DNA of 64,000 bases from an uncultured Gammaproteobacteria bacterium (GTDB lineage Bacteria > Patescibacteriota > Patescibacteriia > UBA11705): positions 77,240-141,239 of the forward strand of contig CAZQEI010000002.1 in assembly GCA_964592195.1 (NCBI GenBank). The letters run 5' to 3'. Each line of letters opens with the position of its first letter. Position 1 is the first letter of the stretch. The position numbers and the translations under genes are program-made. Under the pieces are notes generated by a model. That model was not told the DNA's origin and did not search any database. It saw nothing but the letters and a program-made list of their open reading frames with translations. Shown in pieces: positions 18,990 through 30,129 of the stretch.

Positions 18990-19378
18990 ATACGATCAAG
19001 ATATGATTGCAAAATTACCGCCGCAGCCACAGAATCATCATCACCTCCGCGAGTATCAGAATATTGTTTTTTTACACTATTAAACATGGAAGTTGAAAAT
19101 CGCTCATCTTCAAAGTGAACTGGCAACCCCAGCCCTTTCAGCTCATCAATAAAATCCGTATACTTTTTATTTTGAGAATCATTCCCTGCCAAACTTTTTG
19201 GTTGCCCAACAACAAAAGCTTCAATATTTTCTTCATTTACTATCTTAACGAGACTGTCAATAACTTTTTCGCTGTCTCCAAATTGTAAAATAATAAAAGG
19301 ACTGGCAACTTTTACTTCGTCACTACCTATAGCAACTCCCACTTTTCTTTCACCCCAATCTATTCCTAAAAACATCAT
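18986..19378 (-). CDS. ruvX: YqgF/RuvX family nuclease
   Basis: LGIDWGERKVGVA, VVGQP, DERFST, DDSVAAAVILQSYLD. Confidence 0.92.
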   Translation of the reverse strand: MMFLGIDWGERKVGVAIGSDEVKVASPFIILQFGDSEKVIDSLVKIVNEENIEAFVVGQPKSLAGNDSQNKKYTDFIDELKGLGLPVHFEDERFSTSMFNSVKKQYSDTRGGDDDSVAAAVILQSYLDRI

Positions 19379-19379
19379 A

Positions 19380-20144
19380 TTATTCACCAGTTAAAATAAT
19401 CGTGCCCTTATTTGTAATGGCTAAAGAGTTTTCAAAATGCGCCGATAAGCTTTTGTCTGCTGTTACATACGTCCAATCATCTTCAGCTATTTCCAAAGTA
19501 TAATCACCCATTGTGACCATTGGCTCGCAAGCAATCACCATCCCTTCCTTTAAAATCAGATGATAATGTTTCATCACATAATTTGGTAATTGCGGGTCTT
19601 CATGAATTTCATAACCAACTCCATGACCAACTAAAGACCGGACCACTCCAAACCCATTTTTCTCAATATGATCCTGAGCCAAGCGAGATAAATATTGCCA
19701 ATCCACACCAACCCCAGCATTCTTTTCAATTAAAACTAATGATTCCCTGGTTACATTGATCAAACGTTGAGCTTCTTTATCTATTCTTCCCACGCCCACG
19801 GTAATGGCCATATCAGTGTGTAGACCACCTTTGGCTGGATATTTCATGCCAATATCCAAACCAATGATATCCCCTTCCTGGAGAATCATGTTGGCCTTGG
19901 GGATACCGTGCACCACTTCATCATTCACAGAGGTGCATAATGATGCTGGGTATGGTGGTTCCCCATAGTTTTTAAATGATGGAATACCGCCTGCTTCTAA
20001 TATTAACTTTTCTGCCACTTGATCGAGTTCCAAGGTTGTGACCCCAGGCACGACTAAATCTGCGACGCGATATAAAATTTCGTGCAGACGTTTTCCGCCT
20101 TCACGTAAAATTTGTATTTCCTCTGGACTTTTATATGATATCAT
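19380..20144 (-). CDS. map: type I methionine aminopeptidase
   Basis: CTSVNDEVVHGIP, GHGVG, EPM, SAHFE. Confidence 0.97.
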   Translation of the reverse strand: MISYKSPEEIQILREGGKRLHEILYRVADLVVPGVTTLELDQVAEKLILEAGGIPSFKNYGEPPYPASLCTSVNDEVVHGIPKANMILQEGDIIGLDIGMKYPAKGGLHTDMAITVGVGRIDKEAQRLINVTRESLVLIEKNAGVGVDWQYLSRLAQDHIEKNGFGVVRSLVGHGVGYEIHEDPQLPNYVMKHYHLILKEGMVIACEPMVTMGDYTLEIAEDDWTYVTADKSLSAHFENSLAITNKGTIILTGE

Positions 20145-20791
20145 TTTATTAGTTTAATAATTTCCTTTGTTACTGCCTCAATCGATTGATCAGCATCCAC
20201 AAAAGCAAAATTGATTAGATTATTTTTATTCTGTTTAAAATATTGAATTACAGGCGCAGTTTGTTCGTAATAAATTTTGATACGACGTTTGATTACTGCC
20301 TTCTTAGAATCAGAACGAATATACAATTTCTTACCACATTCATCACAAATACCTTTATGCTTCGGTGGATCAAATTTAACATGATACGTACGGCCACAAG
20401 AACACACTCTACGACCATTAATACGCTCAATAATCTTGTCATCGCTTAAATAAATTTCAATAAAATACACCTTCGCTTTTTCATGGTTAAATAAATGGAA
20501 CAATTTATCTGATTGCTTAAAATTTCTTGGATAACCATCAAATAAATAGTTTGCAGACTGGTCTTTTTTTATTGCTTTAAATACAATGTCATCTACAATA
20601 TTATCAGAAACCATCTTACCAGTTTTGACTAAGTGATTGATCTTCTTACCTAAAGCAGTTTGTTTTTCAATTTCTTGGCGTAAAAACACACCAGGTTGAA
20701 TCAATTTAGCTTTCAATTTTTTCTCTAAAACTTCAGCCTGAGTTCCCTTTCCAGAACCTGGGGGACCAACTAAAATATACGCTCGTTTCAT
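20141..20791 (-). CDS. adk: adenylate kinase
   Basis: GPPGSGKGTQA, FDGYPR, Zn-binding LID. Confidence 0.95.
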   Translation of the reverse strand: MKRAYILVGPPGSGKGTQAEVLEKKLKAKLIQPGVFLRQEIEKQTALGKKINHLVKTGKMVSDNIVDDIVFKAIKKDQSANYLFDGYPRNFKQSDKLFHLFNHEKAKVYFIEIYLSDDKIIERINGRRVCSCGRTYHVKFDPPKHKGICDECGKKLYIRSDSKKAVIKRRIKIYYEQTAPVIQYFKQNKNNLINFAFVDADQSIEAVTKEIIKLIK

Positions 20792-20892
20792 AATATTTGT
20801 TTAATTTATGCTATAACTATATCAAATCATCTCCTAATCGTCAAAAAAAGACCTCCTAAACGGAAGTCTCTTTTCTATGTTGAACATTATCT

Positions 20893-22164
20893 TTAAAAGT
20901 TTTCGTAATCACGCATGGACAACTGAGAGTCTACCTGTTTCATGGTTTCAATGACCACACTTACTACGATTAAAATGCTTGTGCCACCGATTGCCATAGA
21001 TTGCATACCTAATCCACCTTGCACCAACAATGGTAGAATTGCAATGATTGCCAAGAACAAAGCGCCCATCAAGGTTATTCTACTAATAGTGTTTTGCAGA
21101 TAATGTGAAGTATGCTCGCCTGGACGAATACCAGGAATAAACGCACCATTTTTTTGCAAATTATCAGCGATTTGTTGTGGATGGAATATCACTGCGGTAT
21201 AGAAGTATGTAAATCCAAATACAAATATAAAGTAAAGAATTCCATGAACCACATTATTTTGAAAAACATTCAAAATCCATTGACCAACGTTCACGATAAA
21301 TTCTGTTTTTGCTCTCACCATGAATTGTGCAATCATGGTTGGAAACATAATAATCGAAATCGCGAAGATAATCGGAATTACACCGGCTTGATTAACGCGT
21401 ATAGGTAAATGAGTATTAGTACCTCCGAACATACGATTGCCACGAACACGCTTGGCATAGGAAACAGGTATATTTCTTTGAGCTTCAGAGATAAGGACCA
21501 CACCCACAATTGTTACAACCGCAATCGCGGCAAACACTAACAACGTAATAATTTGATCCTTGCTAAAATTAATCAAAGTTCTTTGAATCATTTGAGGAAT
21601 ACTAGTAACAATACCCACAAAAATCAATAATGAAGTTCCATTACCCAATTTCTTTTCTGTAATTAATTCACCTAACCACATCAAGAAGATCGTACCAGCT
21701 GTAACCGTCAAAATCATCACAAACATATTAAAAGCAGAAGTGTCTTGGATAATCGGTTGAGAAGAGCGTAATAATAAATTAATCATCGCGTAAGCTTGTA
21801 AGATAGCTAATGGAACAGTTGCCCATCGGGTATATGCATTAACCTTCTTACGACCAGCTTCTTCTTTCATCATTTCTTCCAATTTAGGCACAATCATTGC
21901 CAACAATTGAAAAATAATTGAAGAAGTAATATATGGGGCCACACCAAGCATGACGATGGAAAAATTTTCCATACCGCCGCCAGAAAACAGATTTAATAAA
22001 CCTAAAATTTGGTTAGACGAGAAAAATTGCTTCAAATTTTCAGCATTAACACCAGGTATCGGAATATGGGCCGCAAATCGGAAAACCACCAATAATGCTA
22101 AAATATACAGTAAATTATTTCTAATTTCGCGAACTTTCCAAATTTGTGAAATTTTCTCCCACAT
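20893..22164 (-). CDS. secY: preprotein translocase SecY
   Basis: LGVAPYITSSII, NQAGVIPIIFA, FIPGIRPG, GGTSILIVV. Confidence 0.98.
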   Translation of the reverse strand: MWEKISQIWKVREIRNNLLYILALLVVFRFAAHIPIPGVNAENLKQFFSSNQILGLLNLFSGGGMENFSIVMLGVAPYITSSIIFQLLAMIVPKLEEMMKEEAGRKKVNAYTRWATVPLAILQAYAMINLLLRSSQPIIQDTSAFNMFVMILTVTAGTIFLMWLGELITEKKLGNGTSLLIFVGIVTSIPQMIQRTLINFSKDQIITLLVFAAIAVVTIVGVVLISEAQRNIPVSYAKRVRGNRMFGGTNTHLPIRVNQAGVIPIIFAISIIMFPTMIAQFMVRAKTEFIVNVGQWILNVFQNNVVHGILYFIFVFGFTYFYTAVIFHPQQIADNLQKNGAFIPGIRPGEHTSHYLQNTISRITLMGALFLAIIAILPLLVQGGLGMQSMAIGGTSILIVVSVVIETMKQVDSQLSMRDYENF

Positions 22165-22208
22165 GTGTTTGAAATTTTATTTTAAATTAAACCAACACTC
22201 TAATTATA

Positions 22209-22673
22209 TTACTCTTTTTCTTCGGTTTCAACGGCTGGAACAATTACCTTACCCCCAGCTTTTTCAATCAACTCTTTGGCTCCAGCGGTCACGCGGCAAC
22301 CTTCAACAGTCACGGCCACGCTGATTTCACCTCGTTTCAAAATTTTAACTGGGATAGCCAATGTCGCGATTACCATTTTTTCAAACAAAATCACTGGAGT
22401 GACTGTATCCCCGGCTGCAAAAATGTTAAGAGTAGACAAAGACACTTCCTGAATTTCAGATCTTGGTTTATCACCCTTGTATTTAGGAAAATTTGATAAA
22501 TTGTGTTTGAAACCTTTATACTTCAAACCTTTTTTACCACCGGAACGAGAGCGCTGCCCTTTACAGCCACGTCCACTAAAACTACCATGTCCAGTCGCAT
22601 TACCACGACCAACACGAATATGTGTTTTGCGAACCCGAGCATCCGCCTTTAAATTATGTAATCCAAATGCCAT
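22209..22673 (-). CDS. rplO: 50S ribosomal protein uL15
   Basis: RVGRG...GRGCKGQRSRSG, IEKAGG. Confidence 0.95.
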   Translation of the reverse strand: MAFGLHNLKADARVRKTHIRVGRGNATGHGSFSGRGCKGQRSRSGGKKGLKYKGFKHNLSNFPKYKGDKPRSEIQEVSLSTLNIFAAGDTVTPVILFEKMVIATLAIPVKILKRGEISVAVTVEGCRVTAGAKELIEKAGGKVIVPAVETEEKE

Positions 22674-22692
22674 ATAGTTAATATTATTTCAC

Positions 22693-23349
22693 TTACTTGG
22701 AAGTCTCTACAACTGCAGTTTCGGCTTTCGCTGTAGCAGGCTCTTCAACTTTTTCTTTTACAGGCTTGCTATCGATATTCTTTTTATCAAATGGAGCCTT
22801 TTTATCACTACGAGATCGATCATTTGGTTTGTTTCCCAAAGCAGGCTTTACCAACTTTTGCAATTTTGTTCCACGCACAACAAATTGATCAACCGCTTCC
22901 ACCAAAGCACGTACATTATTAATTTTGTTATTACTACCCAAAATTTTACAAGTAATATTCGGTACGCCAGCTAAATCTAAAACCATACGAATGGCCCCAC
23001 CAGCTTTAATACCAGTACCTTCTGGAGCTGGTTTCAACAAAATTTTAGCTGCCTTTGATTTGATATAAAGTCTGTGAGGAATGGTGTTTTTGACAATCGG
23101 AATTTCAACCATGTTTTTCTTGGCTTGATTAACAGCTTTATTAATGGCAATACTGACATCAGCACCTTTTGCCAAACCAATACCAAACTTGCCAGCTCGA
23201 TCACCAATCGCTACGCAGGCTCGAAAACGCATACGTTTACCACCGGCCATGACACGCGTTACGCGCGCCAAATCAATTACCCGTTGGTCAAATTCTTTTT
23301 CTTGATTGGGTCGTTGAGGCCCTCTTTTCTTTGACTTTGATTTATCCAT
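22693..23349 (-). CDS. rpsE: 30S ribosomal protein uS5 (C-terminal extension)
   Basis: RVTRVMAGGKRMRF, PAPEGTGIKAGG. Confidence 0.97.
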   Translation of the reverse strand: MDKSKSKKRGPQRPNQEKEFDQRVIDLARVTRVMAGGKRMRFRACVAIGDRAGKFGIGLAKGADVSIAINKAVNQAKKNMVEIPIVKNTIPHRLYIKSKAAKILLKPAPEGTGIKAGGAIRMVLDLAGVPNITCKILGSNNKINNVRALVEAVDQFVVRGTKLQKLVKPALGNKPNDRSRSDKKAPFDKKNIDSKPVKEKVEEPATAKAETAVVETSK

Positions 23350-23367
23350 ATTAGTAATTTCTTATAA

Positions 23368-23727
23368 TTAAAACTTTAAGCCACCTTCTCTCATACCCTC
23401 AGCCAATGACTTCACCCGACCGTGATATTTATAGCGACCTCGATCAAAAACAATATCTACAATTTTTACTTCCGCCGCGCGTTGAGCCACCAAGGTGCCC
23501 ACCGCCTTTGAAAGTTCAATTGGCTTCAATTTTTTATCTTTGATTTCTTTAGAATTGGCCGCGACTAAAGTTTTACCAACTGTATCATCGATAATCTGGA
23601 TATTGATATGCTTAGCGCTACGAAAGATCGAAGCTCTAGGTCTTTCGGTGGTACCATAAATCTTGGCCCGAACTCTCGCTCGACGTCTTTCATTTCGTTC
23701 TTTTTGTTGCTTTTGAATATTCGGCAT
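23368..23727 (-). CDS. rplR: 50S ribosomal protein uL18
   Basis: [19 protein letters not shown]. Confidence 0.97.
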   Translation of the reverse strand: MPNIQKQQKERNERRRARVRAKIYGTTERPRASIFRSAKHINIQIIDDTVGKTLVAANSKEIKDKKLKPIELSKAVGTLVAQRAAEVKIVDIVFDRGRYKYHGRVKSLAEGMREGGLKF

Positions 23728-23747
23728 ATTATTTTATCAAATTTATA

Positions 23748-24293
23748 TTATTCGGATTTAGTCACAGACTTACCAGCCTTGCGTCGGATGACCTCATCAA
23801 CATATTTAATTCCTTTGCCATTATATGGTTCTGGTTTCTTAATTTTTCGAATATTGGCAGAAACTTGTCCGACTAATTCTTTGTCAATGCCGCTAACACT
23901 GATGATGTTTTTCGCGACTTCGACTTTGATACCTTCGGGTAATGGGAAAATTACTTGGTGAGAGAAACCAACGTTCAGAGTCAACTTATTAGTTCCAGCT
24001 TCAGCCTTGAAACCCACGCCATTAATTTCCAATTTTTTCTCGAATCCAGCCGTTACCCCAATTATCATATTAGCAATTAAATTGCGATACAATCCCCAAA
24101 GCGCGCGTTCTTTTTTATTTACTTCATTTTTTACCGTCACAGTGATTACATTGTCAGCTATAGCCAATTTCACCAAACGATTGATTTCACGACGTAATTC
24201 ACCTTTAGGACCTTTGACAATCAAAAGCAAATCATCCAAGGTGACTTGCACGCCCGCCGGAATTACGATCGGTTGTTTTCCAACTCTAGACAT
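23748..24293 (-). CDS. rplF: 50S ribosomal protein uL6
   Basis: MSRVGKQPI, PEPYNGKGIKY. Confidence 0.97.
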   Translation of the reverse strand: MSRVGKQPIVIPAGVQVTLDDLLLIVKGPKGELRREINRLVKLAIADNVITVTVKNEVNKKERALWGLYRNLIANMIIGVTAGFEKKLEINGVGFKAEAGTNKLTLNVGFSHQVIFPLPEGIKVEVAKNIISVSGIDKELVGQVSANIRKIKKPEPYNGKGIKYVDEVIRRKAGKSVTKSE

Positions 24294-24315
24294 ATAATGT
24301 TAGTATTGATAAATA

Positions 24316-24702
24316 TTAGTATAGTTCACAAATTACTTCTCCGCCGACTTGTTTTTCTTGCGCCTCTTTGCTGGTCAACAAACCTTTGGAAGTTGAAATA
24401 ATAGCTACTCCCAAACCATTAAGGACTTCCGGTAAATTCTTGTGACCAACGTAAATACGACGACCGCCGGTACTGACGCGTTGAATATTCTTGATATGAG
24501 GTGTGCGACCAACGTATTTCAAAGTCAAAATGATGGTGCCTTTATTTTCATCATTCTTCTCGATTTTAGCCAAATACCCTTCGCGTACCATAATTTCCGC
24601 CAACTGTAATTTCAGTTTGGAATATGGGATAGCCACGGTCAATTTCTTGGCCATTTGGGCATTTCGGATTCTTGTTAGCATGTCCGCTATTGGATCTGTC
24701 AT
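24316..24702 (-). CDS. rpsH: 30S ribosomal protein uS8
   Basis: MTDPIADMLTRIRN, STSKG, GGEV. Confidence 0.98.
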   Translation of the reverse strand: MTDPIADMLTRIRNAQMAKKLTVAIPYSKLKLQLAEIMVREGYLAKIEKNDENKGTIILTLKYVGRTPHIKNIQRVSTGGRRIYVGHKNLPEVLNGLGVAIISTSKGLLTSKEAQEKQVGGEVICELY

Positions 24703-24743
24703 AAAGTTATTGAATGTTTAATATCCTAAATTTAACAAGTTAT

Positions 24744-24929
24744 TTACCAACTACTGCGGGTCAAACCAGAGATTTCACCTCGTTCCGCCAATTCCCGCAC
24801 GCAAATACGACATAAGTCGAACTTTCGCAAATAACCGTGATTTCGACCACAACGCCAGCAACGGCGCACGATGCGAGTAGAAAACTTAGGCGTTCTTTTT
24901 GATTTTGCAATTCTAGCTTTTGTTGCCAT
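24744..24929 (-). CDS. rpsN: 30S ribosomal protein uS14 (Zn type)
   Basis: RCWRCGR...LCRIC. Confidence 0.97.
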   Translation of the reverse strand: MATKARIAKSKRTPKFSTRIVRRCWRCGRNHGYLRKFDLCRICVRELAERGEISGLTRSSW

Positions 24930-24947
24930 ATTTAATAAATATTCTTA

Positions 24948-25490
24948 TTAATCTTTCTTAAAAGGAAATCCCAACAATTCCAGTAATGCCAAACCTTCTT
25001 TTTGGCTCTTGGCAGTAGTTCCGATACAGACCTCCAAACCATGAATCTTTTCAATTTCATCCGGACGAATTTCAGGAAACGCCAAATGTTCTTTAAAACC
25101 TAAATTATAATTACCTTGGCGATCAAAAGACTTAGGATCAATACCACGGAAATCTTTGACACGAGGCAAAGTAACTTTAACTAATTTTTCCACAAAGTCC
25201 CACATCCGAGTACCACGTAAAGTCACTTTCATACCAACTACCATACCTTCACGAACTTTAAAGTTAGAAATAGATTTTTTCGCTAAAGTACGAACTGGTT
25301 TTTGACCGGTAATACGTTGAAAATTACTTTCCACCGCTTCCAAAAAGTTAGCATCTTTCGTATTGGCACCAATGCCGATATTAAGAACCACTTGCTTTAA
25401 AGCCGGTACTTGCATAGGATTCTTGTAACTAAAATCAGTCATCAATTGCTTAACTACCTTTTCTTTATAATATTTTTTTAATTCTGACAT
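24948..25490 (-). CDS. rplE: 50S ribosomal protein uL5
   Basis: ITGQKP, KVTLRG, FDRQGNY. Confidence 0.97.
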   Translation of the reverse strand: MSELKKYYKEKVVKQLMTDFSYKNPMQVPALKQVVLNIGIGANTKDANFLEAVESNFQRITGQKPVRTLAKKSISNFKVREGMVVGMKVTLRGTRMWDFVEKLVKVTLPRVKDFRGIDPKSFDRQGNYNLGFKEHLAFPEIRPDEIEKIHGLEVCIGTTAKSQKEGLALLELLGFPFKKD

Positions 25491-25506
25491 ATTTATGTAT
25501 GCTTAA

Positions 25507-25872
25507 TTAATCGATGACTTCTTTACAATGCTTGCAGATACGAACCTTCTTCTGAGATTTCTTATCTGTATCCAGGACTTTAAACCCAACTCGAACTGGA
25601 CGGTTACATTTTGGGCAAACCAACATTACATTGGAAACATTCATTGAACCTGGGAAAGAAATACGTTGTCCTTTTTCACCAGCTTTCTTTGGTTTTAAAT
25701 GTTTGATTCTCAAATTTAAACCTTCAACCACCACTCGATCAGTTGCTTTGATAACTTGTAGAACTTTTCCTTGATTGGTTTTGTCCATCTTTTCACCAGC
25801 AGCAGTTCGCTTCACGCGATCCTTACCAGCCACAATTTGGACTTTATCACCTTTTTTAATTTTAGTAATCAT
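25507..25872 (-). CDS. rplX: 50S ribosomal protein uL24
   Basis: IKKGDKVQIVAGKD, VVVEGLN, SNVM. Confidence 0.95.
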   Translation of the reverse strand: MITKIKKGDKVQIVAGKDRVKRTAAGEKMDKTNQGKVLQVIKATDRVVVEGLNLRIKHLKPKKAGEKGQRISFPGSMNVSNVMLVCPKCNRPVRVGFKVLDTDKKSQKKVRICKHCKEVID

Positions 25873-25897
25873 ATCTCTGTATAATTTAGGGATTCAA

Positions 25898-26269
25898 TTA
25901 TAAGACTTCTGGCGCCAAAGAAACAATCTTGGTAAAGCCGTGTTTGCGTAATTCACGCGCCACTGGGCCAAACACACGAGTACCCTTTGGTTCCAAAGTT
26001 TTCTTATCAACAATTACGACCGCATTGTCATCAAAACGAATATAAGTACCATTGGCACGACGAGTTTCCTTGTGGGTTCGGACAATCACCGCATGCACCA
26101 CTTCACCTTTTTTCACCGCTGAGTGCGGTTTGGCTTCTTTAATGGAACAAGTGATAATGTCTCCCAATCGGGCATAGCGTTTTTTATAACCACCCAAAAC
26201 CTTGATGCACTGCAATTTGCGGGCACCAGTATTATCGGCTGATTTTAGCATTGTTCGATGTTGAACCAT
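25898..26269 (-). CDS. rplN: 50S ribosomal protein uL14
   Basis: [23 protein letters not shown]. Confidence 0.98.
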   Translation of the reverse strand: MVQHRTMLKSADNTGARKLQCIKVLGGYKKRYARLGDIITCSIKEAKPHSAVKKGEVVHAVIVRTHKETRRANGTYIRFDDNAVVIVDKKTLEPKGTRVFGPVARELRKHGFTKIVSLAPEVL

Positions 26270-26286
26270 ATATCCATTATCTAAAT

Positions 26287-26541
26287 TTATTTAATTTTTT
26301 CGATTATGCGATAACGCTTGTCCCGGCTAATTGGTCGGCATTCTTCAATCACCACTACATCCCCTACTTTATAAAGACTTTGAGGATTATCAGCTTTAAA
26401 CTTTTTGCTGCGTTGTAATTTTTTGCCATAAACCGGATCAGTAATGACTTCTTCAACCTTAACTACCACGGTTTTAACCATCTTATTGCTAACTACCGTG
26501 CCGGTAAAACGACGAAAATTTTTAGTTTTTTGTTCAGTCAT
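26287..26541 (-). CDS. rpsQ: 30S ribosomal protein uS17
   Basis: [23 protein letters not shown]. Confidence 0.95.
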   Translation of the reverse strand: MTEQKTKNFRRFTGTVVSNKMVKTVVVKVEEVITDPVYGKKLQRSKKFKADNPQSLYKVGDVVVIEECRPISRDKRYRIIEKIK

Positions 26542-26542
26542 A

Positions 26543-26734
26543 TTATTTATCGTTGCGTTCATTGATTATGGTATTGATCCGGGCAATGAGTTTCTTGACT
26601 TGGCGTAACTCTCGAACATTCTTGAGTTGATTGTTCGCCACTTTGAAATTCAAATCTTGAAGTTTGACTGAAGAGTCAACTAACAAATGTTTCAAATCTT
26701 CAATTTTTTTATCTTTTAATTCGCTAAGCTTCAT
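26543..26734 (-). CDS. rpmC: 50S ribosomal protein uL29
   Basis: Position in operon; KKLIARINT. Confidence 0.93.
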   Translation of the reverse strand: MKLSELKDKKIEDLKHLLVDSSVKLQDLNFKVANNQLKNVRELRQVKKLIARINTIINERNDK

Positions 26735-26758
26735 ATACCCGAAATTATTTAAATTAAA

Positions 26759-27178
26759 TTATTGTTTTTTCATAATAATCTTCGTCTTGACTGGCAACTT
26801 ATGAGAAGCACGATTTAAAGCTTCTACCGCAATCGCCTGTGGCAAACCGCTGATTTCGAACAACATGGTACCGGGGCAAACATTGGCCACAAAATACTCT
26901 GGCGCACCTTTACCAGAACCCATGGTAAAATGAGTACCCTTGGAAGTAACTGGCTTATCTGGAAAAACTCGAATCCAAATTTTTCCGCCCTTCTTCATAA
27001 AATATACAATCGCCCGACGTGCGGCTTCCAACTGACGAGAGCTGACCCAAGACGCCGACATGGCTTTCAAACCAAACTCACCAAAATCCAAAGTTGTAAT
27101 GGTGGTGGCTGGGGAAATACGGTTTAATCCGCGACCCTTTTGCCATTTGCGATGTTTTACTTTTTTCGGTATTAACAT
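26759..27178 (-). CDS. rplP: 50S ribosomal protein uL16
   Basis: MLIPKKVKHRK, IWIRVFPD, MGSGKG. Confidence 0.97.
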   Translation of the reverse strand: MLIPKKVKHRKWQKGRGLNRISPATTITTLDFGEFGLKAMSASWVSSRQLEAARRAIVYFMKKGGKIWIRVFPDKPVTSKGTHFTMGSGKGAPEYFVANVCPGTMLFEISGLPQAIAVEALNRASHKLPVKTKIIMKKQ

Positions 27179-27200
27179 ATTGTATTATCTAATTACTATT

Positions 27201-27887
27201 TTACTTGTCATTTTTTTCCACACTTTTTTCGTCCTTAACACTACTCTTGAAAACATCACCCTTATAAATCCAAACCTTAATGCCAATCACACCATAAGTG
27301 GTATAAGCACGTTCTTCCGCGTAGTTGATATCAGCACGAATAGTATGTAGTGGTAATTTACCAGAAACTAACATTTCAGAACGAGCAATTTCCGCTCCAT
27401 TCAAACGTCCGCCGATAATCACTTTAATACCTAATGCGCCAGAGCGTTCAACTTTTTGAATGGCTTGCTTCATCGCGCGTCGAAAAGCCACACGTTTTTC
27501 AATATCAAATTTAATCCCTTGAGCAATCAATGCCGCATCCATAGAAGGATTGGTGATTTCTTTTATATTTACATTAACTTTAATGTTCTTGTTTTTTACA
27601 AATGAACGGCTGATTTTCTTTCTCAATTCTTCTACCCCAGCACCACCCTTGCCAATAATTACACCCGGACGAGCAGAATGAATAGTCACGCTAGTATCTT
27701 TTGCTGATCTTTCAATTTCAATTTTAGAAATAGAAGCATCGAGCAACTTTTTACGCAAATATTCTCGAATTAAAACATCTTGCATTAAAATTTCTTTAAA
27801 ATCTTTTTCACGCTTGGCAAACCAACGAGAATCCCAAGTGTTGAGAGCTTTTAAGCGAAATACTATTGGATTGATTTTTTTACCCAT
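27201..27887 (-). CDS. rpsC: 30S ribosomal protein uS3
   Basis: RPGVIIGKGG, GRLNGAEIAR, YGVIGIKVWI. Confidence 0.98.
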   Translation of the reverse strand: MGKKINPIVFRLKALNTWDSRWFAKREKDFKEILMQDVLIREYLRKKLLDASISKIEIERSAKDTSVTIHSARPGVIIGKGGAGVEELRKKISRSFVKNKNIKVNVNIKEITNPSMDAALIAQGIKFDIEKRVAFRRAMKQAIQKVERSGALGIKVIIGGRLNGAEIARSEMLVSGKLPLHTIRADINYAEERAYTTYGVIGIKVWIYKGDVFKSSVKDEKSVEKNDK

Positions 27888-27893
27888 ATTTTT

Positions 27894-28496
27894 TTAACCT
27901 GATTTTCTTTGAAATATTTTCTTCAAAAAGCCCTTATCTTTCTTGGACTTTCTATCTAAATTTTGTTTATTGCGATGTTTTCCTTGCATACGAACATCAA
28001 TAATCTCTTGGCCCTTTTCATCTGTAAGTGCTTCGGAAACAACCGAATTTTCATCGTTCACTACTTCTCCTACGGTTTCCAAAGCTTCTTGTTTAGGAGC
28101 ACGCTTGGCTTTTTCTACTTTTTCAGCTGATTTACCAACCGTTTTCTTTTCAGCAGAAGTTGGAGTTATTTCATCTAAAATAATAATAACATGAGAAGTT
28201 TTCTTCTTGATCGGAGTCGCGCGACCCATAGCTTTTGGCATCCAGCGTTTCAAAGCAGGACCTTCATTAACTTGAATAGTTTTAATAAATAAATTGTCGC
28301 GTTTAAGCTCAAAATTATTCTCCGCATTGGCCACACCGGAATTAACCGCGGTCAAAATCATACGGGCCGCTTTTTTATTCAAAAACGTTAACTGTTCAAT
28401 CGCTTTCACGACTGGCATTTTACGAATGATACCCGCGATCAAACGCGCTTTACGCGGTGCGGTGCGGATATATTTGGCTTGGACTTTCACTTCCAT
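27894..28496 (-). CDS. rplV: 50S ribosomal protein uL22 with long C-terminal extension
   Basis: APRKARL, ANAENN, PKAMGRA; about 90 extra residues. Confidence 0.96.
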   Translation of the reverse strand: MEVKVQAKYIRTAPRKARLIAGIIRKMPVVKAIEQLTFLNKKAARMILTAVNSGVANAENNFELKRDNLFIKTIQVNEGPALKRWMPKAMGRATPIKKKTSHVIIILDEITPTSAEKKTVGKSAEKVEKAKRAPKQEALETVGEVVNDENSVVSEALTDEKGQEIIDVRMQGKHRNKQNLDRKSKKDKGFLKKIFQRKSG

Positions 28497-28525
28497 ATAT
28501 TATTTACATTTTTATAAGAATAACC

Positions 28526-28810
28526 TTATTTCTTACTATCTAAATCTTTTTGCATCTTACCACCATGTTTGATGAACTTACGAGTAAGAGAAAACTCTCC
28601 TAACTTATGACCAACCATATTTTCTACCACACGCACTTCAATATGAGTTTTGCCATTATGCACTCCAAAGATAAAACCAACCATTTCCGGAGTGATCGTG
28701 CATTCACGAGACCAAGTTTTAATTACGGTTTTGTCATTGGCCTTCATTTTAGCGACTTTTTTTAATAATCGCTCATCAACGTAAGGTCCTTTTTTTAAAC
28801 TTCTTGACAT
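28526..28810 (-). CDS. rpsS: 30S ribosomal protein uS19
   Basis: [22 protein letters not shown]. Confidence 0.98.
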   Translation of the reverse strand: MSRSLKKGPYVDERLLKKVAKMKANDKTVIKTWSRECTITPEMVGFIFGVHNGKTHIEVRVVENMVGHKLGEFSLTRKFIKHGGKMQKDLDSKK

Positions 28811-28821
28811 ATTCTATAATA

Positions 28822-29652
28822 TTATTTCTTTCTGCGTTGCATTATTAACTTATCGGAATGTTTTTTGCGTCGAGTCTTGACTCCCAAAGCCAATTTTCCC
28901 CATGGGGTTTTTGGCGCTTTCAAACCGATAGGATTGGCACCTTCACCACCACCGTGTGGGTGATCAACAGGATTCATGGCTTTACCACGAACCGTCGGAC
29001 GAATACCCATATGGCGTTTACGACCAGCTTGACCAACCTTAACGTGCATAATTTCCGCGTTGCTGACTTGACCAATAGTGGCCATGCAAATTCTCGGAAT
29101 CATGCGAACTTCAGAAGACGGTAATTTCACTTGAGCATAATCTCCATCAATAACCATCAATTTTGCTTGGGCTCCAGCCGAACGAACCATTTGACCGCCA
29201 CGACCTGGAACTAATTCAATATTATAAATCATGATACCAGCTGGTAAGTTCTCTAAACGAGTGCTGTTACCTGGTTTGATTTCTACTTTATTTTGAGAAG
29301 ACATAACAGCATCACCAACATGTAAATCTGCTGGAGCTATAATGTATCGTTTATCTCCATCTTTATATTGAATCAAAGCAATACGAGCATTACGATTCGG
29401 ATCATATTCGATTGTTTTAACAGTACCCGGAACATCAAATTTATCACGTAAAAAATCAATTAAACGAATAAATCGTTTGTTGCCGCCACCAATATGACGA
29501 ACAGTGATTTTTCCTGTATTATTACGACCGCCAGATTTCTTTTTGATCATAGTCAAAGACTTGACCGGCTTAGTGGAAGTAATATCAGAAAAGTCATCGA
29601 CGCTCATATTGCGACGACCATTGCTTATTGGTTTGTATACTTTGATTCCCAT
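28822..29652 (-). CDS. rplB: 50S ribosomal protein uL2
   Basis: [23 protein letters not shown]. Confidence 0.98.
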   Translation of the reverse strand: MGIKVYKPISNGRRNMSVDDFSDITSTKPVKSLTMIKKKSGGRNNTGKITVRHIGGGNKRFIRLIDFLRDKFDVPGTVKTIEYDPNRNARIALIQYKDGDKRYIIAPADLHVGDAVMSSQNKVEIKPGNSTRLENLPAGIMIYNIELVPGRGGQMVRSAGAQAKLMVIDGDYAQVKLPSSEVRMIPRICMATIGQVSNAEIMHVKVGQAGRKRHMGIRPTVRGKAMNPVDHPHGGGEGANPIGLKAPKTPWGKLALGVKTRRKKHSDKLIMQRRKK

Positions 29653-29680
29653 AAATGTCTATCTAAGAATATTGAATTTA

Positions 29681-30118
29681 TTAAACACCTTCGTAAATCT
29701 CGATTTTTTCGTTAGCTGGCAAAGTCACAATGGCTTTTTTCCAGGAAACTTGTTGGCCAGCAGTGCGACCACGACGTACAATTTTTCCAATTTTCATGAC
29801 CATATTAACTTTAACAGGATTAACACCATAAACGTTTTTGATCTTCTTTATCACTTCCGATTTCGTTGCATTCATTGGAACAGCAAAGACATATTTGTTT
29901 AATTGCGCCAAATCAGCCGCCTTTTCAGTGATAACCGGGTGCATCAAAACACGAAAAGCGTCTTTATCGGATTTTTTATGACCTTTTGAAGAAGCTTTAA
30001 CAACCTTTTTCTTTTCTTCTGGTTCAACCTTAACGTCAGCGTCAGTTACTTGAGTTGTAGCCGCTTTATTCGCTTCTTGTTCTTCGTCTTGTTTAAATAT
30101 TTTATTGATTAAACCCAT
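29681..30118 (-). CDS. rplW: 50S ribosomal protein uL23 with N-terminal extension
   Basis: PVITEKA, WKKAIVTL; about 50 extra N-terminal residues. Confidence 0.95.
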   Translation of the reverse strand: MGLINKIFKQDEEQEANKAATTQVTDADVKVEPEEKKKVVKASSKGHKKSDKDAFRVLMHPVITEKAADLAQLNKYVFAVPMNATKSEVIKKIKNVYGVNPVKVNMVMKIGKIVRRGRTAGQQVSWKKAIVTLPANEKIEIYEGV

Positions 30119-30129
30119 ATTGATAAATC

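Noticed and set aside
22673-22693. Missing rpmD (uL30) as a novelty
   Set aside because: Loss of uL30 is an established CPR trait; I used it only as taxonomic evidence.
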